64,000 nt of DNA from NCBI GenBank assembly GCA_951406725.2, contig OX597821.1:60202001-60266000 (forward strand), written 5' to 3'. Shown here one piece after another: positions 24,205 through 37,048 of the stretch. The position numbers and the translations under genes are program-made. This DNA comes from Octopus vulgaris. Lineage: Eukaryota. The notes under the pieces were generated by a model. The model made no database searches, was not told the origin of the DNA, and saw only the letters and a program-made list of their open reading frames with translations. Within the stretch, counting starts at the first letter, position 1. Each line of letters begins with the position of its first letter.

Positions 24205-24603
24205 CGAGAATATAAGGACACAGATATTGTGTTGTTTTAGCCAGCTGGAAGCGATGTTTCCTAGGGTTAAAAAACAGTAACAATCGTCCCTTCCAGGACA
24301 TCCATAGTATGTTGGCAAATAGTCTTTACTTTAAAGAACTGTTACTATTTATTAGATCAGTGACTGTATGTCACTTTGAAAACTATATATTTTCAAACGG
24401 GAATTCAGCAGCAACTCTGTTGACCAGAAACTGGTTAACAGATCTTGCTTTGTGCTGGATGAGGGTGCTGGACTCCCTTTTCAAAAATATAAGAACACAG
24501 ATATTGTGTCATATAGCCAGCTGGAAACGATGTTTCCTGGAACCAAACAACAGTAACAATTGCCCCTTCCAGGACAACCTCATTATGTTGACAAATAGTT
24601 TTT
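24205..24603. repeat. Diverged direct repeat, ~120 bp, two copies
   Basis: aatataagRacacagatattgtgt...agccagctggaaRcgatgtttcct...cccttccaggaca...tatgttgRcaaatagt at ~24208 and ~24486. Confidence 0.85.
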
Positions 24604-24619
24604 AAGATATATATATATA

Positions 24620-25290
24620 TATACTATTATAAATAAGGGCAAAAAGAAAAAATTTTCTTTGCCAATATGCTGAAAAATAGACGCTAAATTGTCTAACCAC
24701 ATGAAATATTTTCACTTCTATTATTACTGAAATGAGGAAATTAAGCTAACAAAAATTCATAAAAATATAGTTATCCCCAAATTGGTTCTGATTTCTGGAT
24801 TAATCCAAAAAGGATTTTTCCTTCATCAGTGAGGAACACAAAAAGAAAATAAATGGAATACTTAGACATACCCACGGAAAAGCAGATACGAGGTCATGGA
24901 TACATTTAAGTACCCCAAATATATCTAAATCAAAATTCCATAGCAAGCCTTGGTACAAGTGTAGTCGGTCAGGAAATGTACACAAATGGTTAACCAGTGT
25001 CGATGTGAATGAGAATTAATTTACTTCTAATATAGGGATAAAATTTTATTAAAAGATTTTGACGGTGGCCAGTATAAGAAAAATACCCTTTAAGGTGAAA
25101 ACTATAAATACAATTATAAATGAGGGCAAAAAGAAAACATTTTCTTTGCCAATATGCTGAAAAATAGACACTAAATTGTCTAACCATATAAAATATTTTC
25201 ACTTGTATTATTACACCATGTGCTGAAATGAGGAAAGCAAGCTGATAAAGGAACAATCCTTTTTGGATTAATCCAGAAATCGGAACTTAT
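24620..25290 (+). mobile_element. Probable Penelope-like relic with direct and inverted terminal-repeat copies
   Basis: Direct repeat 24625-24750 / 25113-25243. Segment 25242-25287 is repeated inverted at 24784-24829 and reads CTGAT(G/A)AAGGA...TCCAGAAA. Confidence 0.55.
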
Positions 25291-25299
25291 TCTTTTGAA

Positions 25300-25540
25300 G
25301 TGTAGTACTTATTCTATCAGTCTCTTTTGCCGAACCGCTAAGTTACGGAGACGTAAACACACCACCATCGGTTGTCAAGTGATGTTGGGGGACAAACACA
25401 GACACACAAACATATACACACACATGCATATATATATACATATATACGATGGGCTTCTTTCAGTTTCCGTCTACCAAATCCACTCACAAGGCTTTGGTCG
25501 GTCCAAGGCTATAGTAGAAGACACATGCCCAAGGTGCCAT
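25300..25540 (-). mobile_element. SINE family A, truncated by an RTE tail
   Basis: Family A body ending at aaggtgccat, directly abutting (cat)n. Confidence 0.88.
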
Positions 25541-26066
25541 CATCATCATCATCATTTAAGGTCCGCTTTCCATGCTAGCATGGGTTGGACGTATGACTGA
25601 GGGTTGGCAAACCAGATGACTGCATCAGGCTTCAATCTTGATCTGGATGCCCTTCCTAATGCCAACCACTCTGAGAGTGTAGTGGATGCTTTTATGTGCC
25701 ACCGGCATGAGCCAGTCGGGTGGCACTGGCAACGACCTCACTCGAATCTTTTACACATGCCACCGGCTCGGGTGCCAGTAAGGCGATGCTGGTAACGATC
25801 ACGCTCGAATGGTGTTTTTTTACATGCCACCGGCATGGAGGCCAGATAGCCACTCTGGCAATGATCACACTTGGATGGTGCTCTTAATACCCTACTAGCA
25901 CGGGGCTCGAGTGCCAGTAGTGCAACGCTGGTAATGATCACGCTCGAATGATGCCTTTTAAGTGCCAGTGGCACGAAACCAGTTAGCCGCTCTGTCAATG
26001 ATCACACTCGTATGGTGCTCTTTGCACCCCGCTAGCATGGATGCCTGTCATCAAATTTGATTTTGA
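25540..26066 (-). mobile_element. RTE-LINE 3' UTR with ~60-bp internal tandem repeats
   Basis: (cat)n tail, ctggatgcccttcctaatgccaaccac and repeated gccaccggca...gatcacgctcgaatggtg units. Confidence 0.88.
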
Positions 26067-26073
26067 TTATATA

Positions 26074-26106
<33 letters not shown>

Positions 26107-26824
26107 GTATATATATATATATGGACAGACAGCCTGACAGACACATACATAGACAGACAGGTAGATAGGCTTCTTTCATTTTCTGACTACCAAATCCAGT
26201 CACAAGGCTTTGGCTAGCCCAAGGTTACAGTAGAAGACACTTGCCCAAGGTGTCATACAGTGGGACTGAACCAGAGCCATGTGACTGGGAAGCAAACTTT
26301 TTGCCACACAACCATGGCTTAAAAAGAATGGAAGAAAAATAACTGCCTCAAGATTAATAAAATCTGTCAACAGAGCCTACTCTTGGCCCATGAACCAAAT
26401 ATGCTGGCTGCTCCACTCACATTAACTCTCTCATCTTGCTAATGTTACTTTCATCCTCATTATCCTACCTGAATACACAAAAGAGTATTGTTGATCAGGT
26501 AGGAGGTAGACATGATCTTTGATCTCTCTCCTTACACTTCCATAAATAAAAAACCAGTAATTTAGAAAAAAAAATTCATCCCTACCCCAGGATTTTTTTA
26601 GCTCTCATGCTCAGCCATGCATGCACTTTGATCTTGCTCAGCCAATGATTCAGGTTATATGGGATTTCTACTTGCTCCCTTATTTCAATATAGTGGAAAA
26701 GGACAATCCCTTCCATAATATCAGCTGATTTTCTGTCTAGCTTACACCTCTCTCTTTCTCGCTTTCTCTAAAGGGAGAGACAGAGACAGACAGACAGACA
26801 GAGAAAGGGACAGGAAGAGAGAGA

Positions 26825-27107
26825 GAGAGAGAGAGGGCAGGAAAGATATAAGCTACACATGTGTGTATGAGTGTGCACATGAATGTGAAAAAGCATGTTT
26901 GTGTGTGTGTGTGTGTTTGTTTCAAACTGTGTTTCTCTATTTCCCTCTCTATTTATCTTTTTGTCTGTCTGTCTCCCCTTTTATCTCTCTTTGTGTCTGT
27001 TTGTCTTTTGCTTTCCTGTCTGTTTTTGTCCACATGTACATGCATATTTGCATGTGTATATAAATATATAGAACATACATACATACATATACACATAGTT
27101 TGTTGTA

Positions 27108-27144
<37 letters not shown>

Positions 27145-27747
27145 TATATGTATGTATATATACACATATATATGTATATAATACATACGCATATGTTATA
27201 CTGGAGACATGACTGTTTGAGTTTAATCAGTTCTGTTTTGAAGATTTTTTTCATATTTCCTCATTAGTTTTTAGTTTAAAACAACACCATTCCTAAAAGT
27301 CCATCATGTTTAGTCTGGAAAACATAAAGGATTCATAAGGAAAAAGAAATTTTATCCTATGATATACATACATACATACATATATACATAAATACATAAA
27401 TACATACATGCATACTTACATACATACATACATACATAAATACATACATCCATACATACATAAATGCATACATACATAAATGCATACATACATACATACA
27501 TACATACATACATACATACATACATACATACATACATACATACATACATACATACATACATACATACATACATACATAAATACATACATACATACATAAA
27601 TGTGTTTGTGTGTACATATACATATGTATGTGTATGTATGGATGTGTCTGTGTGTATACACACACATATATAGAGAGAGAGATAGAGGGCGGGAGAGGTA
27701 TAAGCTACACATGTGTGTATGAGTGTGCACATGAATGTGAAAATTCA

Positions 27748-27790
<43 letters not shown>

Positions 27791-27805
27791 AACTGTGTTT
27801 CTCTG
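26825..27805. repeat. ~110-bp diverged duplication (26825-26940 / 27672-27805) bracketing a long (CATA)n tract
   Basis: tataagctacacatgtgtgtatgagtgtgcacatgaatgtgaaaa occurs twice; (CATA)n at 27365-27600. Confidence 0.85.
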
Positions 27806-28184
27806 GAGATGGAAGACCCCAGGGTTTAACTCTTAGCTCCTCCACCTTCTGTTATTATTGCTGCTGTTTTCTAAAAATCCCATTTACTCCCAAGTTAATA
27901 ACTTTACACAGCACCTGCCCTCCTCCAGCTTATACATGGGAGGTTGAAATGGAAGAGTCCAAGCTGTTATTTGCTGCTTCCCTCTACAGAAAGCAACTAA
28001 CTCCACTAACAGCTGTCTCTGGGGTAATTTTGTTTTTGTCTTTTTTTTTTTTTTTCTTCAATTTTCTTCTCAGGAACAAAAACGGAAACTAGAAGTCAGT
28101 CAGATTCAAGGAAAAATGTTTCTGATAATTTTTTTCTGCAAGTTAGCAAAGTAGGAAGTGTATATAGTACATTGCCCCGCCGAC

Positions 28185-28533
28185 ACTACCACCACTACCA
28201 CCACCTCCACTACTCCACTACAACTACCTCCACTACTGCTACTGCCACTATCATCATTACTGCCTCCTCCATCAACACCCCACCGCCACCACCACCACCA
28301 ACAACAACAACACCACAACCACCACCAACACAACACCCACACCACCTCACTGCCACTACCACCACCACCACTACTACCACTACCATCACCACCACTGCTG
28401 CCACCACCACTGCTGCCACCACCACTACTGCCACCACCACCACTATCATCACCACCACCATTGTCATCACTGCCTCCACCACCAACACTACCACCACAAG
28501 CACGAACACAACACCCACCACCACTGCCACCAC
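28185..28533. repeat. Degenerate (ACC/ACT/ACA)n trinucleotide tract
   Basis: Visible repeat that generates poly-P, poly-T and poly-V ORFs in several frames. Confidence 0.95.
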
Positions 28534-29883
28534 ATTGAAATTTTATATTGTTACATCATTTTTTTTCATTACTATATCCAGTAATTAAATTAATAATGCA
28601 ATACCACATTAGAAATATTTTGATGATTCTTTTATGTTTAACATATTTTCTTTCCTCGACAACAATTCTATTGAACTATTGCAGAATTAGGTCAGAGTCA
28701 GCCCTGGTTTTTCCACTGAAACTACATTTATCACATCTGACTATCTGATTCTGCTGCCATGGCAACAACAACAATAACAACAATTACAAAAATAATAACA
28801 ACAACAGCACTTGCTCTTCCTTCTTCTTCTTCAGCTAAATACGGGACACAACATTAGAGAACACCACAAAGAGTTGCAACGAAATTTCAAGTCTGTAACT
28901 TTTGGATTATTCTTTGTGTTTGAGTCTGTGACTGAGATGAATATTTTGGTGAGCCTGGAAGTGTGCTGTTGTTAATTTTGTTGACTCCAGTAAATATAGA
29001 TTAATAATTCAAACATATATGAACATCAGGAAATATATTGAACATGAGTGTTTGGTTAGAATTCTTCTTACGTAATATATGTATAGTCATGACTCTGAGT
29101 TTCATGTAAAGTAATTTGCCCACACTCATCAGATGGGCATCTTAAGGATCTGAGTTTAACAGGCTTTGTACAATTTCCATCAACCAAATTTACTAACAAA
29201 GCATTGTAGAAGACATCTAAGGTTCTCAGTTTTCACCAGTTGGTTCTTTTTCAAAAATATGAAATCACTTATTCAGCTTGCAAATGTCAGTATTCAATTC
29301 ACTACAATTTGTTATGGGACAAAAATTAAACAAACTGTAATAGTATGTATCATACGTAATGTATATAGGTTATTGACCAGCCGGTTACTTTGGTAATAAC
29401 TCTTATGGACATGTTGTAAGTCTCTATACTTCTAGAGAGGAGTTGCACTGCAAAAAGGTTGCATTGCCATGTATTTCCTATCATATTTCGCGGCAGTATA
29501 GAGAAATTAAAAAGACCCCAAAATCATGAGGCCTACTAATTTTCATCGGTGAAGGGAATTCTTTATTGAACTATCATTTAGTTCTAACATGCATATCATG
29601 AATGACTAGGCTCAAACTGTTCCAAAACTGATTGATTTATGTACACAGTCTGTTACTGGTTACATTGAACTAAAGCTTCTTCCCATCATGCAAATTTTTC
29701 CTACAGACATTGACTTAGAAATACAACAAGCTAAATTTCACTGGTATCCATCTTACCACTCCAAAAGTGCCTCAGATTACTTTTTTAACTCACAAAGCCA
29801 TAAAATAGACATGCTCATACATACACATATATTCATGCATACATACATACATATATACATACATTGCATACATACATACAAAC

Positions 29884-30273
29884 CAGGCATGTGCCATTAG
29901 TAATTACTCAGGGTAAGCAGTCGATGACGTTTATGTAGTAAAACGCACAAAAAAATAAGCAAAACATAGGCGTGTAACTGAGTTGGATGCAGATTTACTT
30001 CTGCCTTTATTGCGCATATAGAAAATGTTGTAGGAATGTACGCAGCATGTGTACTACAGCAGTACTATGCAGATTGAAAGGCAGGGGCGAATTATGCCTA
30101 CCTAATCTACAAAAAAATAAAATATTTTGCATTGTATGCATAGTAATGAGAGTAACCTTCATAATTTTATGGAACTATGTGCATATTTTACCATAAAAGG
30201 AAAATGTCACTATCAATCTATTTTATTCAGGGTAGGCACTGCCTATCTTGCCTACCCAGGTGGCATGTCCCTG
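29884..30273. mobile_element. hAT-type MITE
   Basis: Imperfect TIRs caggcatgtgcca / tggcatgtccctg, subterminal gggtaggca...tgcctaccc palindrome, 8-bp flanks atacaaac / tcacaaac (6/8 identical). Confidence 0.6.
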
Positions 30274-30807
30274 TCACAAACACACACTTATATATCATCA
30301 TCATCATCATTTAACATCTACTTTCCATGCTGCTACAGGATGGATGGTTTCACAGGAGATGGCAAGCCAGAGAACCACATCAGGTTCCATTGTCTACTTT
30401 GGCATTATTTCTATGACTGAATGTCCTGCTTAACACCAACCACTTTACAGAGTGTATAACATACATACATGCATGCATACATACACACATTCACACATAC
30501 ATACATACATACATACATACATACATACATACATACATACATACATACATACATACATACATACATACATAGGTGTAGTTGTGGCTAGGCACAGATATAA
30601 TTAGGTACAGACATGGTACTATGGTTTAAGAAGCTTGCTTCCAACCCATGTGGCCTTGGGTTTAGTTCCACTGTATGGCACCTTAAGCAGGTGTTCTCCT
30701 ATAACCTCAAACAGAGCAAAGCTCTGTGAGTTTTTTGCTAGACAGAAACTGAAAGAAGCCCCTTGTGTATGTATATATATATATATATACACACACACAA
30801 TATCATG

Positions 30808-31165
30808 GCACTCTGTCAGTTACGATGACGAGGGTTCCAGTTGATCTGATCAATGGAACAGCCTGCTCATGAAATTAACGTGCAAGTGGCTGAGCACCCC
30901 ACTGACACATGTACACTTAACGTAGTTCTCAGGGAGATTCAGTGTGACACAGAGTGTAACAACGCTGGCCCTTTGAAATACAGGTAAAACAGAAACAGGA
31001 AGAGTGAGAGAAAGTTGTGGTAAAAGAATACACTCCCTGCCAGAGCCTCGTGGACATTTAGGTGTTTTCACTCAATAAACACTCGCAACAGGCAGTCTGG
31101 GAATTGAAACCACAATCTTATGACCGTGAGTCTGCTGCCCTAACCACTGGGCCTTTGTGCTTCCA
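30808..31165 (-). mobile_element. SINE family C
   Basis: Reverse complement of 31490-31870. Confidence 0.88.
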
Positions 31166-31489
31166 CACACACAATATATATATAATTGTATGTGTATATG
31201 TGTGCATATGTGTTACGTTATGTGTACCGTTGTGAAGACATCACATGATGATTGTAAGTGAGCGATAGCATTATACAAACAAGGTTATTTGCCTTCAGTC
31301 TTCAATAAAACATGTCCCGTCATGCAAAAATGTGCCTTGCTTGGAAGCAAATAAGAGTGGGTGACAGGAATGGCATCCAGCTGTTGAAAATCTGCCTCAA
31401 CAGATTTTGCCTGACCCACACAAGCACAGGAAAATGACTGTTAAATGATGATGCTATATGTATGTACATATACATATGCACATACATAA

Positions 31490-31870
31490 AGGAGGTGAAA
31501 TGGCCTAGTGGTTAGGGCAGTGGATTCGTGGTCGTGGGATCATGGTTTTGATTACCAGACCAGGCATTGTGAGTGTTTATTGAGCAAAAATACCTAAAGC
31601 TCCACGAGACTCTAGCAGGGGGTTGTGGCAAACCCTGTTGTACTCTTTCACCACAGCTTTCTCCCACTCTTTCTTCCTGTTTCTGTTGCACCTGTATTTC
31701 AAAGAGCCAGCCTTGTCACACTCTGTGTCATGCTGAATCTCCCCGAGAACTATGTTAAGGGTACACGTGTCTATGGAGTGCTCAGTCACTTGCATGTTAA
31801 TTTCACAAGCAGGCTGTTCCATTAATCAGATCAACTGGAACCCTCATTGTCGTAACCAACGAAGTGCCAC
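31490..31870 (+). mobile_element. SINE family C (tRNA-derived head)
   Basis: ggaggtgaaatggcctagtggttagggcagtggattcgtggtcg...ggttttgattaccagacc, ending ...gtcgtaaccaacgaagtgccac. Confidence 0.9.
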
Positions 31871-33024
31871 AAACATACAAATATATATGCATACATACAC
31901 ACAAACAGGCACACACACACACACATTATATTGATTTTGTTTATTTTGTTGTACAAAACAAAATTGTTCAATGCACCCAAGTGTTAAAAGTGGTTAAGTG
32001 TAATGTATATTTTTACTTTATAAATGATAGGTGCGTGTTTTGTTGTATTGTGTGTGCGTGTGTGTGTGTGTGTGTTTGTGTATATTTGTGCACGTGTGTG
32101 TGTCTGAGCATAGCTATAAAATATGTATATATTCTCATGAAGTGACGGACAAAGGTTTCAAAATGCTTATTTGGGAAAAATCGTGACAAAGAGAAAAACC
32201 TCACTTAAGAAAGTCTCTCATAGAAACTCTGAATGAAATACAACACACCAACACAAATGAAAGAGGAATACATGGAACTATGGTTGAAGAAGGCATAAAA
32301 ATCAACCATAAAGTCATCTCTAGATTTGCAAAAGAAACAACAATGTCATGCATAACAAAATTGGGGTTTGTTTGAGGGAAATAGTTTACTTGCAGCAGAC
32401 ACAAAATATAACAGAATGAATAATTCAACAGTATTTTCACAACATCAATAGACATAAAATAATGATGGTGATGATATATATACAGTGGCGTAGGCGTGAC
32501 TATGTGACTAAGAAGCTTGCTTCCCAATCATGGGACTGAGGGTTCAGTCCCACTGAACTGCATCTTTGGTAGGTGTCTTTGACCAAAGCCTTGTGAGTAG
32601 ATCTGCTACACACACACACACGCACACACACACAAGGGTGTTAGTGCTCCACAGTAACTGCAGTGAATTTGCCTTTAGAAGTTGAATATGTCTCAAACAT
32701 ATTTTAACTAACCTCAAGTTTGTTTATTCCTCATCACTGCTTAGTGCTAATACCATTATATTTATTGTGGCCAAGTGGTCCACATGTGCAACTCACTCAT
32801 TGATATCGACTGTTTTCCGATATGGCTTTAGAATCTGCTTGAGTTATCTCTCTTCAGTATCTACTACTGAGGAAGACTAAGAACCAGAAATACATCTAGG
32901 GGCCCACTTGGAGGAGATATTCAGCAGAGTTTTAACACTTTTTACCATAAGTGAGAATTTTTCTCCATGGTAACTGCAGTGAATTTGCCTTTAGCAGTTG
33001 ACATATATTTGTTGTATTCCTTAA

Positions 33025-33218
33025 TGTCGGATTGTTATAACATCACTCTGGTATAGCAGTATAGTTAGTAAAACAAGTAAGATCACAACTATCTATGACT
33101 ACCTACTTCATGCTCTCTCCTTATACTGACTGATGTCACCTTATTTATAGCAACTAGCACATGCCATTTGTCATGTGTGTGTATGGGGGGTACCATTATT
33201 ACTATTATCCCCACAACA
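33025..33218 (-). repeat. 3' LTR of the Gypsy element
   Basis: tgtcggattgttataac...tattatccccacaaca with TG..CA ends; matches 36859-37048. Confidence 0.92.
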
Positions 33219-35038
33219 TCTCCCCTATTAAGTTTTTCTTTTTTTCCTAGAGAGTGTCATTTTTATTTCTATTAATTACAATACGTTTTATATCACCCCT
33301 ACCTTCCTTTTTTTAGTTTTTTTTTCTTAGTTACACATTTAATATTCTTCCCTTTTGGCATCCACTTCCAAGAACTCTGTACATTTTTTTTTCTTACACT
33401 TGTGCACCTGGGTTTAATCACCTGTAGTGATATTGGCACTTGAAAGGTATCATATAACCATTCCATTGGTTCTTCCATTCTCTTGGGTTTGCTCTCAAGA
33501 AATCTTTTTTTCAATTGGTTCATGTGTCTCTTGTATGTGCCTTTTCTACTTTTTATCAAGTATAGCATTTTTCCTATGCATTTGGTAATCATGCCATCTT
33601 CCCAACTCTGTTTTCCATTCTTATATGCCCTTGCAAACACCTTTGCACCAATTTTGAAAAATCTTGTATTTTTCCTTGCAATTTTTCTTTTCTTACCCAG
33701 TAGCAATTTTATTTTCCTTGAAAACATCAGCTCCACTGTTGACATACCTGCTGATGTATTTAGATTTTGTGTCACATGGTATACTCTTAAGAATTGTTGT
33801 AGAGCTACCTCATCCATGACTTCCTTGTTTGACTTTTTTAGGGCTCTCTTGATCGTATCAACAAAGCATTCTGCTTGTCTAGTAGATTTGAGATGGTATG
33901 GCGCCATAGTTACATGTTCTACAGTGAATGTTTTATAGAACTTTTTAAATTCAAAAGACACAAATTGCATTCCATTGTCAGACACTATCGCATCTGGGAT
34001 GCCAAATCTTACAAACAACTCGTGTAAAAAATTTGTCACAGTTGAGGAAGTTGGTTTGTTTAGTCTTACAAATTTCTGGCCATTTAGAGAAACTATCAAC
34101 TACCACTAAGTATTATGAACCATTTAAAGGACCAGCAAAATCGATGTGTAGTCTTGACCATGGAACATCTACTTTTGGCCAAAGTTCACTTTTTATCATC
34201 AGTAATTTTGCCGCTAGAGCACATCCTCTGCAACCTTTCACCAAATTTTCGATTTCTCTATCCATTTTTGGCCAGTACATGTAGCTATGGATTAAAGCTT
34301 TCATCCTTGAAATACCAGGATGTCCAACATAAAATTCCCTCAATATTTTCTTTTATAGTGTTTCAGGTATCACTACTCTCTGTGCATACATTAGTACGTC
34401 ATCACAAATTGAGTATTTGTTCATCTCTTGGTTTTGTTTTGCACCAATCCTGTTCCTATTTACTTTTCCTGATCACAATCTTCTTTTCACTTGTTATGAA
34501 TTTGTCCTTTACCACATTTCACTTTATGTCTTCTTGTAATTCACATACCACATTACATTTTTTATCTCTCCTTCTGCTCTTAAAGCTACGATTATCATAT
34601 CTTTAAATGGCTTGCAGTGTTTTGGTATCAGTCTAGACAAACCATCTGCATACCCTAGTTTTTTAGACAGTAAATATTCCATTTTGTAGTCATAATTCAA
34701 TAATGTAATGCCCCATCACTGTAGTCTATTTGGTGTGTGTGTTAGTATTCCTTTTTTAGAAATGTATATTGAAAGTAGTAGGTGATGATCCATTTGTAGA
34801 CAGAAACTTCTTCCATGAATAAATGCATGGAATTTTTTCACACCAAATATGATTGTTAATGCTTCCTTTTCTGACTATACTTCCTTTCAGCTGGTAATGA
34901 CATGATATTTGTGTAGAAGCATGGCTCCTACACCACAATCACCCACTTCTGTAACCTATACAATATCCAACGTTGGATCAAAATGCGTTAACAATAAGTC
35001 CAATGTTAAAATGCTTTTTAACTCATCAAATGCCTTCT

Positions 35039-35222
35039 TATTTCTTTACTGTCCACAAGGGGCTACACACAGGGGAGACAAACAAAGACAGACAAACAGA
35101 TTAAGCCGATTATATGGACTCCAGTGCGTAACTGGTGGAATTTGAACTCAGAACGTAGTGGCAGACGAAATACAGCTAAGCATTTTGCCCAGCGTGCTAA
35201 CGTTTCTGCCAGCTCGCCGCCT
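35039..35222 (-). mobile_element. SINE family B inserted in Gypsy pol with a 13-bp TSD
   Basis: tcaaatgccttct (35026-35038) / tcagatgccttct (35223-35235). Removing it restores ...CQKAFDEL... Confidence 0.9.
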
Positions 35223-36858
35223 TCAGATGCCTTCTGGCATTTATCAGTCCAACACCGTTTTGTATTTTTCTTTAACAGGTCATTGAATAGGGCCCTTATA
35301 TTATATATATTGGGAATATAAATTTGATAATAATTTACTAAATCCCATAATGCTTGTAGCATAGTCACATTATTATTTTTTATCACAGTTACTCTGGATG
35401 GATCTGGTTTTCATCCATTTTTATCTATTATCTGGCCCAAGTATTTAATTTTTTCATAAAGAACTTGCATTTTTCTTCTATTAACTTGAAACTGTATTTT
35501 CTTATCTTCTCGAATACCCTTTTAACATGTTCTACATAGATTAACTGAATTTTTTAATACATATACTTTTGCCGTTTTCATTTGGTCATGAACTGTCACA
35601 TTACACACAAATTCACCGACAAAACACAATCTTTTACCTGTAACACCATGTACTACTTTCGTAGATTTACTTAATTTTAGCTTACTGATATATTTACTAG
35701 TTTTTTTGTCCAGAATGGTAATATCACTTCCAGTGTCTAACTGCATTTTTACGCTTATATTTTTAATTTTCATATTTACGAATTTTCTCTTTGTCACATT
35801 GCCAATTTCTTTTGATGACAGACTCAATTCATTTTCCTTAGTTCAAATCTTTTGTCATTTTGGTTTTAAGTGTGCTTTTACATGTCCAATTTTTGCACAA
35901 CAAAAGCATTCTGCTTTTTTAAATGGACAGTTTTACCTCAGGTGTAGACCTCCGCATGGGAAACATGAGTTTTTTCCTGATTCTTGTCCTGTTTGTACTG
36001 TATTTTAGTACACACTTGATTCCTATTCTGCCTATTTTGCATTTGTTTCACTTGGGAGCAATCTTTATGTTCAATTTTCTCTATGTCATGTCTTATATTT
36101 ACCATTCTTTCACACTCTTCTGACACTTGTTGTAAGGTTACAGCTTGGTTTTGTTCCAGCTTAGAGAGAATTCTTACTCTTACTTTTGTGTCTTTCTCTG
36201 CAGTTAATTTCTGAGTAAAAATATCAGGCACTTGAACATATCTGGCATTAAATCATCCAGCTTGAACTTTTCACATTCCCTGTTAAATCTATCAGCATAT
36301 GTGATGTAGTCCTCCTCATTGTTCTTTTCTAGGTTCAAACATTTCCAACCTGTATTGAACAACAAGCGTTTCTCACTAAAAATTTTGCACAATATGTCTA
36401 TGGTATCTTTAAAGTTTATGTCAGAAGTATGTAATTGCTATAATGCTCATGTTCTCCTGCTGCCAGTTTTCTTAAGATTAAATGCATTTTCATATCATTG
36501 TCCCTATCTTTGCACTCTTTATTGAAGATTTGTTTGTATCTTCTGTAGTAAGCCTCAAAGGTGGCTCCTTCGTCTGGTTCATACTTAAAATCTGTTATCA
36601 AGTTTGCAACATAATCTGGTGAGAACATTTATTCAGCATTTCCTGACAATTTATTATTCAATTTATTGCTGTAATAGTAATTGTTGTTGTAGCTGTTGTT
36701 TTTGATGCTTCTGCTGTTGTTGCGGTTTTTGCAACTCAAGCAAACTGGCCAACAAATTTTCCATTATTTTACGATTTTTTTCCATAAAATTCACACACAA
36801 AAAAAAACTTTTGTGAATTTTGTAACTCCTTGTGAATTTGTTAATTCCTCATTGCTAC

Positions 36859-37048
36859 TGTCGGATTGTTATAACACCACTCTAGTAAAGCAGTATAGTT
36901 AGTAAGACAAGTAAGACTACACCTATCTATGACAGTCTACTTTGTTCTCTCTCCTTATACTGACTGATGTCACCTTATTTATAACGACTAGCACATACCA
37001 CTCGTCACATGGGAGGGGTGAACCATTATTACTATTATCCCCACAACA
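36859..37048 (-). repeat. 5' LTR of the Gypsy element
   Basis: Same termini as the 3' LTR and clearly diverged from it internally. Confidence 0.92.

Larger units (their letters stand above)
33025..37048 (-). mobile_element. Gypsy/Ty3 LTR retrotransposon, decayed, RT core deleted
   Basis: LTRs at both ends. Minus-strand order: gag (DFKYEPDEGATFEAYYRRY), protease (MQLDTGSDITI), RT tail/RNase H, integrase (HPGISRMK..CRGC; PWSRLHIDFAGP; IVSDNG). PBS-like gtagcaatgagg next to the 5' LTR; PPT aataggggaga next to the 3' LTR. Confidence 0.95.

Noticed and set aside
27352-27748. CMYV/YIHT repeat ORFs (also 23579-23941 and 40553-42055)
   Set aside because: (CATA)n, (TA)n and (CA)n microsatellite translations.
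28106-28588. Proline-rich, mucin-like or poly-Val ORFs
   Set aside because: Open in several frames on both strands because (ACC)n lacks stops; no codon-position bias.
31490-31565. tRNA genes at SINE heads (also 53240, 8667, 22030)
   Set aside because: A/B boxes are present but cloverleaves are broken and each continues into a shared SINE body.
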